A stretch of 64,000 nucleotides of DNA from a virus, in IMG/VR virus record IMGVR_UViG_3300010354_000051, positions 1 to 64,000 of that record; one strand, 5' to 3'. Position 1 is the first letter of the stretch. Each line of letters begins with the position of its first letter. Under the pieces are notes generated by a model. It worked only from the letters and a program-made list of their open reading frames with translations, searched no databases and was not told where the DNA came from. A program made the position numbers and the translations under genes. Of this stretch, positions 52,424 through 61,705 are shown piece by piece.

Positions 52424-54043
52424 AATTTTAATATCCTTTATGGTGTTGTTTTCTTTGTAGGAGAATAACGGCCACGCTTTAACATTCGAGCCGTTGAACA
52501 GAGTAGGGGTTAATGTGCGGTAGTATACAAATCCTCCGGAGGCCGGATTAGTGCCAGATATATTTTGTACTAGGGTGGAGATTTGAGTATCAAACCCTCT
52601 TATCACGCTTGTGCCGGGTTTTAAATATCCCGTGCTTATGCTGTATTTAAATTCTCCAGAAGAAGCTACTTGAGTTCCATCAAGTTTGTATATAGCCGGG
52701 CTTAGAAAGTTCTTGTCCACAAGGCTTATGAACGGTTTATCGCTAGAGCTGAAGGCTCTCTGATACTTTTCACCTGTCCACAGCCATATACCCGGAACTC
52801 TTTTCCCATCTACTGTAGTTTGTCCGGGCTGATTTAGCGTACTTAGTGTGTTAAAGGTTACACTGCTTGAATCTAAGACTCCGTCCGGATCTCTGAATAT
52901 CACCCGATACGAAGAGCTTATATTTTTGCCTTCGATAATATTATACTTGATGCCCAAAGTGTTATTCGTACCTGATTCTTCAGCCTGATCCTTTGTGTTC
53001 TGGATAAATAGTGAGAATTCGGTCTGAAGACTCTCTATTTTAGACAACAGATCTCTTAACTCCTGATACAAAGAACCGGAGACACCGTAACTATTAGAAT
53101 AGTCCCAGGATAACGATCTGCCGTCAAGATTGTATAGCTGGAGTATATTAGACGAAGTTATTGTGTCTTTTCTCTTAACAACCATCAACGGGCTATCTGC
53201 AGCAGGAATAGTGGATACCGTATTGTAAAATGAGCCTAGATAGACATATTTATTGACGTATTCATCGAACAGGAAAAATCCATTCCTCGATGAGAATTTT
53301 ACCCGGTACTTATACAAGCCGTTTTTTATATATGCCTTGGAGGAGATTTTGTTAGCGAAGAAGACTTCTTGAGTTAGGAAATTAGTAGTATAGCGGATAC
53401 ACTTGCTATCCGCAGCTACTTCATCACCTACACACCCCAGTATAAGTTCAAGTTCTTCTCCGGCTATATACCCGGACCCAGGGTTAATTACACTAACACC
53501 CGATCCTCTACTAATTTCTCCTGCTGTATTTATAGTTAGTACAACTTGTGCATTTTTTGCTCCGGATGACTTGCCTAGTACATTGACAGTGACAGAAGCA
53601 GGCAAGGTCACTGTTGCTTCAGCCGGGGTTAACACTTTATATCTCTCCCCCAGCCCCAATAACTCCACACTAGTAATAGACCCGTTGACCGATACTTTAA
53701 TCGGAGCGCCTATTAGAACTTCTGACCCGGTTCTTTTATCGAAGCTGGATAGAAATGATTCGAACCAAACCAGATTCTCATTGGTAAAAGTTATTCCATT
53801 TGTTAGAAATTTAGTCCGCAAGGTTACATTTCCGGCAGAGTCGGAAATTGGCGAATTAAATATGCCGGAGATCTGGTTAGCATTGCTAAGATCCGCCGAA
53901 GAGATTTTTGATTCTAGCCTGCTAGCAAAGGAGAAAAGAAGTATGTCTTCCTGGACCTGAGGTCCGTACAACTTCTGAACGGCTTCTTTGGAGTTAATAC
54001 CACCTTCAGACAGGTTATTTTTAGTGTAAAGTCCGGTTGCCAT
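52412..54043 (-). CDS. Virion structural protein
   Basis: 543 aa; N-terminal GLYTKNNLSE and cyanophage-type VINPGSGY motif. Confidence 0.65.
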   Translation of the reverse strand: MATGLYTKNNLSEGGINSKEAVQKLYGPQVQEDILLFSFASRLESKISSADLSNANQISGIFNSPISDSAGNVTLRTKFLTNGITFTNENLVWFESFLSSFDKRTGSEVLIGAPIKVSVNGSITSVELLGLGERYKVLTPAEATVTLPASVTVNVLGKSSGAKNAQVVLTINTAGEISRGSGVSVINPGSGYIAGEELELILGCVGDEVAADSKCIRYTTNFLTQEVFFANKISSKAYIKNGLYKYRVKFSSRNGFFLFDEYVNKYVYLGSFYNTVSTIPAADSPLMVVKRKDTITSSNILQLYNLDGRSLSWDYSNSYGVSGSLYQELRDLLSKIESLQTEFSLFIQNTKDQAEESGTNNTLGIKYNIIEGKNISSSYRVIFRDPDGVLDSSSVTFNTLSTLNQPGQTTVDGKRVPGIWLWTGEKYQRAFSSSDKPFISLVDKNFLSPAIYKLDGTQVASSGEFKYSISTGYLKPGTSVIRGFDTQISTLVQNISGTNPASGGFVYYRTLTPTLFNGSNVKAWPLFSYKENNTIKDIKILAI

Positions 54044-54051
54044 TGTTCTTA

Positions 54052-57000
54052 CTAAGCTAGTTTTAGAATTTGGTTAGACTGGTTTCTCCAGCATGTTCCA
54101 GCTCCTACCGTACCTGGACATGAAGGCAAGAGTTGCCAGCCTAGTTCTGTAATCGAAGCGTTGCGGGTTGTTACGTTGGTGTAAGTTATATTCACCGAAG
54201 AAGATGTTGTACTTGGAGTGACATAAGTGAAGCCAAAAGTGATAGAAATCCCGAACAAGTTTTTATAGCTCACCCCTAGCGGGTCTTCGCTAATAGATTG
54301 AGTTTGCTTAATTTGTGTTTTGTAATATGTCCCCGAGACCAGCGATCCGGCAACTTGATAAGTTTGCGGCCCGATTAAAGTATAAGTAAATGTAGTAGCG
54401 CCAGTTATTTGATTAGTTGTCTGCCTCTCAGAGTAGACTTGGAAATTCTCATTCCGGAACAGGGATATGGTTTCCTGTCTACCTGCAGTGATTACGGTTG
54501 GGAAAATATCCTGCTGGGTATAATTGGAGTACCGGTCGGCCGATGTTAAGTTATTGCCATTTAGTCTGACCTGGCAATTTCTATACACCCTGAGCTTATC
54601 AATCTCGACAATCTCTTGAACAATTGTCCTTATTGTTGATACCGATAAGGCGTTATTAGTCAAATCGACTACAATCCTTCTATTACTCCCCTTAAAGATT
54701 CTGGCAAAAGTACCAGTGGCATAAGAAGATATTGCGTTTTGCTTAAGATTTATTAAAGTTATAAGGTTGAGGTTAGTTCTTATACTAAAAGTACCGGATA
54801 GCCTACAATTCTCTGCACTGAACGAGGTTAGTTTAGTGTAGCCAAGGCGGAACCAGTTCGATATGTCAATTGACGATCTGGTAAAGTACAAAGTTGATGG
54901 TAAAGTGCCAGGTATATCCGCACTTATAATAATCTCCGTGCTGGTTACTGACATTACTTTGGCTAATTCTGGGCCAGTCTCACTCGCTCTTACCGAATCA
55001 TAAACCATCACTTTTTGGTTAAGGGCGGTAGGCCCGGTTAGAGAGTATACGGCATCGTCGGGTGAAGAGGCCGGTACTTTTCTGGTGATTGAGAGACCGG
55101 TTAAGGCAGTGCTGGGTTGTCTGCTAAGAACGCAAGCTCCTCTTAGCGATTGGACTCCCCAATCAGACCGGTAAACACTAGGCAAAGAGTTATCTAACTT
55201 TACAGAAACTACAGGGGTCTCTGTAACACCTTCGAAAGAGGGCAATAATGCTCCGCCTCCACTCGGATTACAGTTATCTGCAGTTATCCTAGTTATATCT
55301 CTAGAGAAATACTGGTTAGATGTTGTAATGGACAGCGGGCTAATATCATAAAATCCTGACGAGTTTATGGTTATCGCCACATCTTTTCTCTCGGTATCTG
55401 GGAAATACCGAGAAGGGAAAGTTGGGAAACGGCCGGTGAAGTTAGATTGCCTGACATCTATCGTATCTAAATAATGTAAGTTAATAAGGTCATTTTTTCT
55501 AAACCGGTAAGGGTTTGAAGAGAACCCAAGTGATAGGGTTTTTAAGTTGTGTTGGTTAACTGGGCCTCGGGCCGGAGCAAAAGTCACCGGTAGGAAGAAG
55601 TCTACTCCGTTGTCAGTTACGGGGAGTAGGTTGTCGCAAGCTCCCAAGTCTAATGTAACTAAACTACCAGTTTCAGTTGCCGGATCTGTACCTAAAGACG
55701 GAACTTTACCTTCTGTAAAAGAGCTGCCAAGGGATAGAGTTGTTAACTTAGGTGCTTTTATGGAGGACGATAACAGGTCGAACTTCACCCCTCCTCTTGA
55801 GGCCGGTGCTTCAAGTGTGACAAGAGAATCCCATTGGCCGTTTTGCAGATTTACAAAAACAGAAGTTCGGGTGAGTGAAATGCTGACCGAGCTGCTTCTC
55901 CATGCTGACCAGTCTTCACCTACCGGGTTGTTTATGTATCCGGTCGATTCAAAAAGTGAAGCACCGCTTCTTGTAGTGCCTATGTTAAAAGACACTATAC
56001 GGTATTTTGATATATGGCCGAAGTTTGTCGGGTCTGTCGAAGTACCTATTTGTGTAATATCTCCTTTGCCGCCTGAGTTATAAATATCGTAACTTATAAG
56101 AGACCCGTTATTGTTAATTTTGGGTAGATTTCCATACAAGAAGCGGGAAAACGGACGGGTCAAGTCTCTATTAGACCATGTCAACACTCTAAGGTTAGGA
56201 AATACATCATCGAGTCGTGGAGAATACCCTTTAAACCTGTCCCCTAGTACCAGCTCTTCCATCGAGCTAAATTGTCTATAATCGACATTAGCTACCCGAC
56301 CAGACTCATTTAAGACATACTTTCTAAACAGTGCGTCAGACCAGTCGTTACCTGCCTCGTTTACAAAAATTCCTTTTCTGGGTACGGTTAGATAGCTGAC
56401 CGCAGTGCATTGAGGGGTAGAGGCAGAGGGTAAAAGAGTTGGGTCTCTGTAGTCAAACCAGCCCATAACTCCCGACTTCCAGACATCCCCTGACTTGCTC
56501 AAGTCTAGCCTTCTAAGTTTATTTTTTAAAGTCTTGAGCCAGAGGGGTAGTATAGTCATCGACCCGCCGACCATTGTAAAACTTTCTAGGTTATCATATC
56601 CAATCAGGCCCAGGTCTTTTCTATCCTGAGTCTCCCTTATATCTATACCTGAAAACTCAATAGCTTTTACTTTTACCGGATTGACATAGAGGTAGAGGTA
56701 TAGGTCATAGATTGTTTGATAACCTGTTGCTGTAATGTCAATATTTACCGTGTACTGTAAAGATCCGGAAGCCTGAGCTACGGACACCACAGGGAGAAAG
56801 TCGACTGCGGGTGAATTGGGTCTTTTTTGCAGAGGTTGGATCTGGAACCCGTAGAAATACGGGCTGTTCGAGTCGGTGAAAGTGAACTTAATTGTCCCGG
56901 TGGACATTCTGCAAAGCACTTTCAGCGGTGTATTTTTAGTCGAAAGTAGCTTGAGCGGAGTACTAGTCCCGGAGTTGTTGTCGATGTACATGTCCAGAGA

Positions 57001-57639
57001 ATGGCTAGGACTTTCCACTATCTCCGGACGCGGCAATACACTGTTTAGAGGTAGAAAGATTCTATTTACATGAGATCTTCTGCGAACTCTAACACTTCCA
57101 GCATAACTTGCATTCTTAAAATAGCCCAGGTTGACCGGATCTCCTTCCGAGTTAAACAGGCTGTTTCTAGAGGTCGATACCGCTACTAGTTTTCTAACCG
57201 GGTTGCTAAATATCGTGTCCCCTATAGTATTAGTCAGATACTGAGCACCTTCGCACTGAATGGACCCATTGAAAATAATGACGTTTGGGTAGTTTACATA
57301 CGGAGAACCTTCGCCGCCTAGTGGCAGAGACGGGGAATAATAATCCTTTGAATCGTATAAACTAGTCGGAATCTGATACACATATATTTCACTTAACTGC
57401 TGAAGAGCGGGTAGCAGAGTTTTTTCTAACCCAGAACAGAATCGAAAATCCTCTCTATCACTTAACTGCCCACTAAGACCGTACAGCGAGTCCAGAACCT
57501 CCGGGCTCAGCCCCATATTCCTAAGTGCTGTCCTTTTGTCCGACTCAAAAATCTCTGACAGGTTCTGGAACCCGTCTGAAACCAGTCCAATATCCGGACG
57601 AGCTGCTTCTCTAAAAGTAAAAAAGGACTGTTCGGCCAT
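54052..57639 (-). CDS. Leucine-rich-repeat-containing virion/tail protein
   Basis: Many LxxLxLxxN-type units (LRRLDLSKS, LVTLDLGAC, LDTIDVRQSNFTG, LITLINLKQNAI). ATG at 57639 preferred to TTG at 57645. Confidence 0.7.
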   Translation of the reverse strand: MAEQSFFTFREAARPDIGLVSDGFQNLSEIFESDKRTALRNMGLSPEVLDSLYGLSGQLSDREDFRFCSGLEKTLLPALQQLSEIYVYQIPTSLYDSKDYYSPSLPLGGEGSPYVNYPNVIIFNGSIQCEGAQYLTNTIGDTIFSNPVRKLVAVSTSRNSLFNSEGDPVNLGYFKNASYAGSVRVRRRSHVNRIFLPLNSVLPRPEIVESPSHSLDMYIDNNSGTSTPLKLLSTKNTPLKVLCRMSTGTIKFTFTDSNSPYFYGFQIQPLQKRPNSPAVDFLPVVSVAQASGSLQYTVNIDITATGYQTIYDLYLYLYVNPVKVKAIEFSGIDIRETQDRKDLGLIGYDNLESFTMVGGSMTILPLWLKTLKNKLRRLDLSKSGDVWKSGVMGWFDYRDPTLLPSASTPQCTAVSYLTVPRKGIFVNEAGNDWSDALFRKYVLNESGRVANVDYRQFSSMEELVLGDRFKGYSPRLDDVFPNLRVLTWSNRDLTRPFSRFLYGNLPKINNNGSLISYDIYNSGGKGDITQIGTSTDPTNFGHISKYRIVSFNIGTTRSGASLFESTGYINNPVGEDWSAWRSSSVSISLTRTSVFVNLQNGQWDSLVTLEAPASRGGVKFDLLSSSIKAPKLTTLSLGSSFTEGKVPSLGTDPATETGSLVTLDLGACDNLLPVTDNGVDFFLPVTFAPARGPVNQHNLKTLSLGFSSNPYRFRKNDLINLHYLDTIDVRQSNFTGRFPTFPSRYFPDTERKDVAITINSSGFYDISPLSITTSNQYFSRDITRITADNCNPSGGGALLPSFEGVTETPVVSVKLDNSLPSVYRSDWGVQSLRGACVLSRQPSTALTGLSITRKVPASSPDDAVYSLTGPTALNQKVMVYDSVRASETGPELAKVMSVTSTEIIISADIPGTLPSTLYFTRSSIDISNWFRLGYTKLTSFSAENCRLSGTFSIRTNLNLITLINLKQNAISSYATGTFARIFKGSNRRIVVDLTNNALSVSTIRTIVQEIVEIDKLRVYRNCQVRLNGNNLTSADRYSNYTQQDIFPTVITAGRQETISLFRNENFQVYSERQTTNQITGATTFTYTLIGPQTYQVAGSLVSGTYYKTQIKQTQSISEDPLGVSYKNLFGISITFGFTYVTPSTTSSSVNITYTNVTTRNASITELGWQLLPSCPGTVGAGTCWRNQSNQILKLA

Positions 57640-57658
57640 GAGCAACGAATCTATATAG

Positions 57659-57666
57659 CTTTTAAC
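57659..57666 (-). promoter_or_regulatory. Candidate late promoter variant GTTAAAAG-N6-AG
   Basis: 19 nt upstream of the ATG at 57639. Confidence 0.6.
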
Positions 57667-57673
57667 GCTCTGA

Positions 57674-60600
57674 TTACTGTTCTGTGTAATTCAGTGAGAG
57701 GTAGATCTCATTGTCTGACCCGGAATGGTTAGTTAAAGATCGAGCTATGAAGAATGTCGCCAGATTGCCCTCGTCATCATTTATGATGCTCTCTGCAGAG
57801 ATGTTAAAAATATCTTGTAAGTTGATTTCGGTAGAGGTATTGGCTGAGACGTAGTAGGTGGCTAGAGAGTCTCCTGAATCAGAAGTCAGCCAACGAATCG
57901 GGTACTCAGAAGGGGTGAATATGCCAGCCGAATTGGCTCCGCCCGAAGTTAAAAAACTTCCACATTTTTTAGGGGAGTTGTGGATAGATTTGCGCGTGTT
58001 CAGGCTGTCCTCTTGCGGGTCTATAGTAGGGGCGGTAGACAGACCGAATTTGTCCTGGGCTGTGTAAGTTCGGATTGCTTTTACCACGCCATCTGTTTCA
58101 GGAACAGAGGCCCATTCACCGTGAGAATCAACACCGGTATCGGAGATAGACAGCGTGCAGCGGTGGGGGGTAAACGGCTCTACTTTTATCCCTTCTGAGG
58201 TCTTTTGACCGATCCAAACCCCGCCCAGACTAGCTCCTTGCCTACCCTGCAGAAACACTCGGACAAAGGGCAATGAGCCCGGAGCTATCTTTGATGTAAT
58301 GATGCTGGTGACATTCAGATCTCTATTTATGTGACCTATGTATATTGTTCGGTAAGACACACTGACTAGTGAACTGGTGGTTATGTTTGCCGGTAATGTG
58401 GTTCCTATGGGCAGTAAGAATTGGGTGACATCTCCCACCACTCTAACAACACCACCAGTAGTTGTGACATTGCGTACAAATGAGCCCTGGGTTATAGTAA
58501 CCACATAAGTTTGTGACCCGAGGTTGGGCCAGGGTGTCGCATTATCACTCAGGTAGTAGGTTGTTACAGAGGTGGCCGGATTGACTTCGGAAATAATGCT
58601 GATGTTGTCCCTGATTTCCCTACCTGCTCTGCAATACAATCCTCTGCAAGTACCTCCATCCACACCAGGAACTGATGGATAGGTTCTATCCAGCTCCGTG
58701 TCAAAATTATACCCGGAAAGCTCTCTAGTCTCGAAATTGAAAGTGTTGCGCAGTAGGTATATAGAAGTCTCGTAGTAAATTGAGTTATTGCTGTAGTCGA
58801 AGGCGAAGTCATAAGGTAAGCCCTCGTAGTAAGTTGACTGCTGGTCGTAAGTTGGTGAACTTTCAATTCCCCAGCTATTGGACAGGGTAGTAGCATACAG
58901 CGGGCTGGATACGTCTGTACTCGGCCAAGCCAAACCAATCCTCAGCGATGAAGAGTGAGCTGGTACGACAGTAGTATCCATGTCACCCCCGGTCCAGAAA
59001 ATATAAAACTCACTACTAACCACATCTATCGTACTGAGCAAGATTTGATCTCGTCTGAAATAGTCAAATTCTATATCGTAACCGTCAGAGTAGTTGTCAA
59101 CTAAGGGGAAAGTGAACGGCAGATAGACTCCATCCGGGCTGGGTAGTTGCTTACTGCTGGACAAATTTAATATCCCGCTTTTATCTCTGGTCAGTTTAAC
59201 AGTTACGTTGTCTTGGCCGAAATCTTTTTGATTATCAGCACACAAGACAAACATATCTTTGCCCAGCGCTCTGACGGACTGCCCGCCTATACTCGTCCAG
59301 TTATTACTATCAAACGGGCTCCTGAAATTACCAGCGGAAGGACCGTTGTAAGTAGCTATTGCCGTATGAGTTCTGCCGTCATCGGATGCAATACCTAGTT
59401 CGGGATAGTCCAAGGTATAAAACGGAGTGATTGCAAACTTACCCCTCATACGTCTTTCTTCGGGCAAAGCATCCCAAATATACCCTTCCTGGTGAGAGAA
59501 AGCCCACTCCGGACAACCTCTTTGCCGAACGATTTTAATCTCACAGTCCTGTTGGCTCCTGACCATGAGCTTGTCGGGGAAAATCTCCTTCTTATTGAAG
59601 AACTGGTTTCCAAACCGGTTAATAATGTATTGCTTGGGTTTTATACCCAATACGGTAACCCAGTCAATAGCGTTTATGTTGGTTTTTATTTCGCTAAACT
59701 CAGGGCTGGGCAAATAACGAACACGAGACTGAGCATTTAAACTATATAAAGTCCCCTTGTCATAGCCGTCGATGTAGTAAGACGCACCGTACTTAGACAG
59801 GTTTTGATTTACCCTGATCGTGGATGAATCACTTACCTTCAGTCGATATTTGAAGTAGAAGAAGGGGTCGGCTAGACACGGTCTGCCTAATTGGTTCTCT
59901 ATAACCAAAGTGTGCATAGTTACCCATCTACAATCTCCGCTTCCAGTGGGCACATACGCATAGAATCTCGCCCCGATAGCACCGTACCAGCCGAATTCAA
60001 TCTTGTACATGGTAACCGTATCCGGGTTCAGGAAATAACCACTTTTCCCCTCTCCACTAAGGGGATCACCGTTCATATACTTTTGCTCGATTACAGTCTC
60101 GTACTGAGTCAGACCGTTTACCGTCACAGCCTTGGTATTAGCCGCATAGTTTGCATTAGCTAAGAACTCTGTACTTTCCAGGGGCACGGTAGACCGTCTG
60201 ACGATAGAGAACAGTGAACCGTTTGTCAGCCTGAACATGTAAGAATCGGTAAGATTCTCCACACCGAATTCGAGCACAGTTCCTGGCCCAGCCCCTATCT
60301 CACTAACCTTTACGCCATAAGTAAATCCGCTTATGCGCCCTGGCTGGTATCTAAAAGCCCTGATTGATTTTATAGTCACCTCACTGCTTATACCCTCTAT
60401 CCCGCCTATTTTGTTGTTGTTAGTAGGCAGGTTGATTTGCTGACCGAAGGCTTGAGAAGGCCAGAAGTTGGTGAATGTGTTGTTGATTTTGTCCGGGACT
60501 AGGGGGGTGTCCAGAACAAAATACGGTAGTTTCAGGTCTTTCTCTACCTGGGTTATGGTAGACTCGTTGGCATGGACGGTAAATTCCCAATCCTTTAGAT

Positions 60601-61702
60601 CAGATCTAATTTGAGACCATCTCAGGCCGTGATAAGACGACCACAGATCTGGTGTCGGGTTTGTCTTAATCTTAAAATGACCTGTGTTCTCTGCTAAGTT
60701 TTCAGGAAAATACGTCCGGGTCGTGCTGAAAAAGAAACTGTCCCAGGATACATTGAGATCGACAGGCAGTTTGTTGGTGGACTGGTTGATAATTACTGTA
60801 CTGCTGCCCCAGAGGGCTGGATTAGCTCTCCAGTTAGGTATAGTAACGTTTTTGAAGTTATAAGCTCTGCCGCTGGGTATAATGGGGTAGTCCTCGGACG
60901 ATCTACCAAAACGTGACTGTTTAATGTCTAGCCAAATACTATCCCAGTAGACCCGATTGAAGACTTTTGTACCATTAGGCCCTGGTATAGTCGGGTATTT
61001 AGCCAGCAGCGGGATTAGATTGTAGTTCAGTAGCTGCTTCTGGTCAAAGTTATTTACCATATACTCGATTAAGTACATGGCTACCAGAGTGTTTAAATAC
61101 TGACCCCAGTCGTTATTAGACAGGTCTGTAGTAGATCCAGTTAGCTGATCTTGAAGAGCAGGTCTGGTCGGCTCTAGAAAAGGTGTCGGGTATGTCAGAA
61201 TAACAAGGGCGGAATTTTTCTCGTCCTCAGTGTACTTTTCAGGGAAGTAGTTGCCACCAGCCGCAGGCCTTCTAGTCCACCATAAATTTGCTCGGTCGTC
61301 ACGCCCAAAAAATTCAATCTTCCAATCCTTAGAGTCTAAGCCGTAAGAAGAAACATTACTGAACAAGCTTTGCTGGGTAGTCCGTCTGTCGATACCTAGC
61401 AAAGACCGGGACGTTTCAGACTGCTCAGGAAACTGCTCGACTATAGGTAGAGCAGCCGGGCTACCTTTACTGAAAACGTTTAAGGTGCTTTTTGCTGTGA
61501 GCAGATACGATTCGGGGTCGACTGTAACACTCAAAGCGGATTTTGAAGAGTATTCGGACGACAAGTACGAATCTTTTTCCGTCACCAGAGGCGAACCTTG
61601 CTCGGTGGACAGGGGGAAACCCTTAACGTCCACCATCTGCTCTGTAACCTTAGTTGTTCTCGGAGATACTTTCTCCGCCCTTAGACTCTTATCGCTGGAC
61701 AT
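57674..61702 (-). CDS. Large virion structural protein
   Basis: 1342 aa; RAFRYQPGRISGFTYG and VTMYKIEFGWYGAIGA motifs typical of cyanophage structural proteins. Confidence 0.7.
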   Translation of the reverse strand: MSSDKSLRAEKVSPRTTKVTEQMVDVKGFPLSTEQGSPLVTEKDSYLSSEYSSKSALSVTVDPESYLLTAKSTLNVFSKGSPAALPIVEQFPEQSETSRSLLGIDRRTTQQSLFSNVSSYGLDSKDWKIEFFGRDDRANLWWTRRPAAGGNYFPEKYTEDEKNSALVILTYPTPFLEPTRPALQDQLTGSTTDLSNNDWGQYLNTLVAMYLIEYMVNNFDQKQLLNYNLIPLLAKYPTIPGPNGTKVFNRVYWDSIWLDIKQSRFGRSSEDYPIIPSGRAYNFKNVTIPNWRANPALWGSSTVIINQSTNKLPVDLNVSWDSFFFSTTRTYFPENLAENTGHFKIKTNPTPDLWSSYHGLRWSQIRSDLKDWEFTVHANESTITQVEKDLKLPYFVLDTPLVPDKINNTFTNFWPSQAFGQQINLPTNNNKIGGIEGISSEVTIKSIRAFRYQPGRISGFTYGVKVSEIGAGPGTVLEFGVENLTDSYMFRLTNGSLFSIVRRSTVPLESTEFLANANYAANTKAVTVNGLTQYETVIEQKYMNGDPLSGEGKSGYFLNPDTVTMYKIEFGWYGAIGARFYAYVPTGSGDCRWVTMHTLVIENQLGRPCLADPFFYFKYRLKVSDSSTIRVNQNLSKYGASYYIDGYDKGTLYSLNAQSRVRYLPSPEFSEIKTNINAIDWVTVLGIKPKQYIINRFGNQFFNKKEIFPDKLMVRSQQDCEIKIVRQRGCPEWAFSHQEGYIWDALPEERRMRGKFAITPFYTLDYPELGIASDDGRTHTAIATYNGPSAGNFRSPFDSNNWTSIGGQSVRALGKDMFVLCADNQKDFGQDNVTVKLTRDKSGILNLSSSKQLPSPDGVYLPFTFPLVDNYSDGYDIEFDYFRRDQILLSTIDVVSSEFYIFWTGGDMDTTVVPAHSSSLRIGLAWPSTDVSSPLYATTLSNSWGIESSPTYDQQSTYYEGLPYDFAFDYSNNSIYYETSIYLLRNTFNFETRELSGYNFDTELDRTYPSVPGVDGGTCRGLYCRAGREIRDNISIISEVNPATSVTTYYLSDNATPWPNLGSQTYVVTITQGSFVRNVTTTGGVVRVVGDVTQFLLPIGTTLPANITTSSLVSVSYRTIYIGHINRDLNVTSIITSKIAPGSLPFVRVFLQGRQGASLGGVWIGQKTSEGIKVEPFTPHRCTLSISDTGVDSHGEWASVPETDGVVKAIRTYTAQDKFGLSTAPTIDPQEDSLNTRKSIHNSPKKCGSFLTSGGANSAGIFTPSEYPIRWLTSDSGDSLATYYVSANTSTEINLQDIFNISAESIINDDEGNLATFFIARSLTNHSGSDNEIYLSLNYTEQ

Positions 61703-61705
61703 GGA

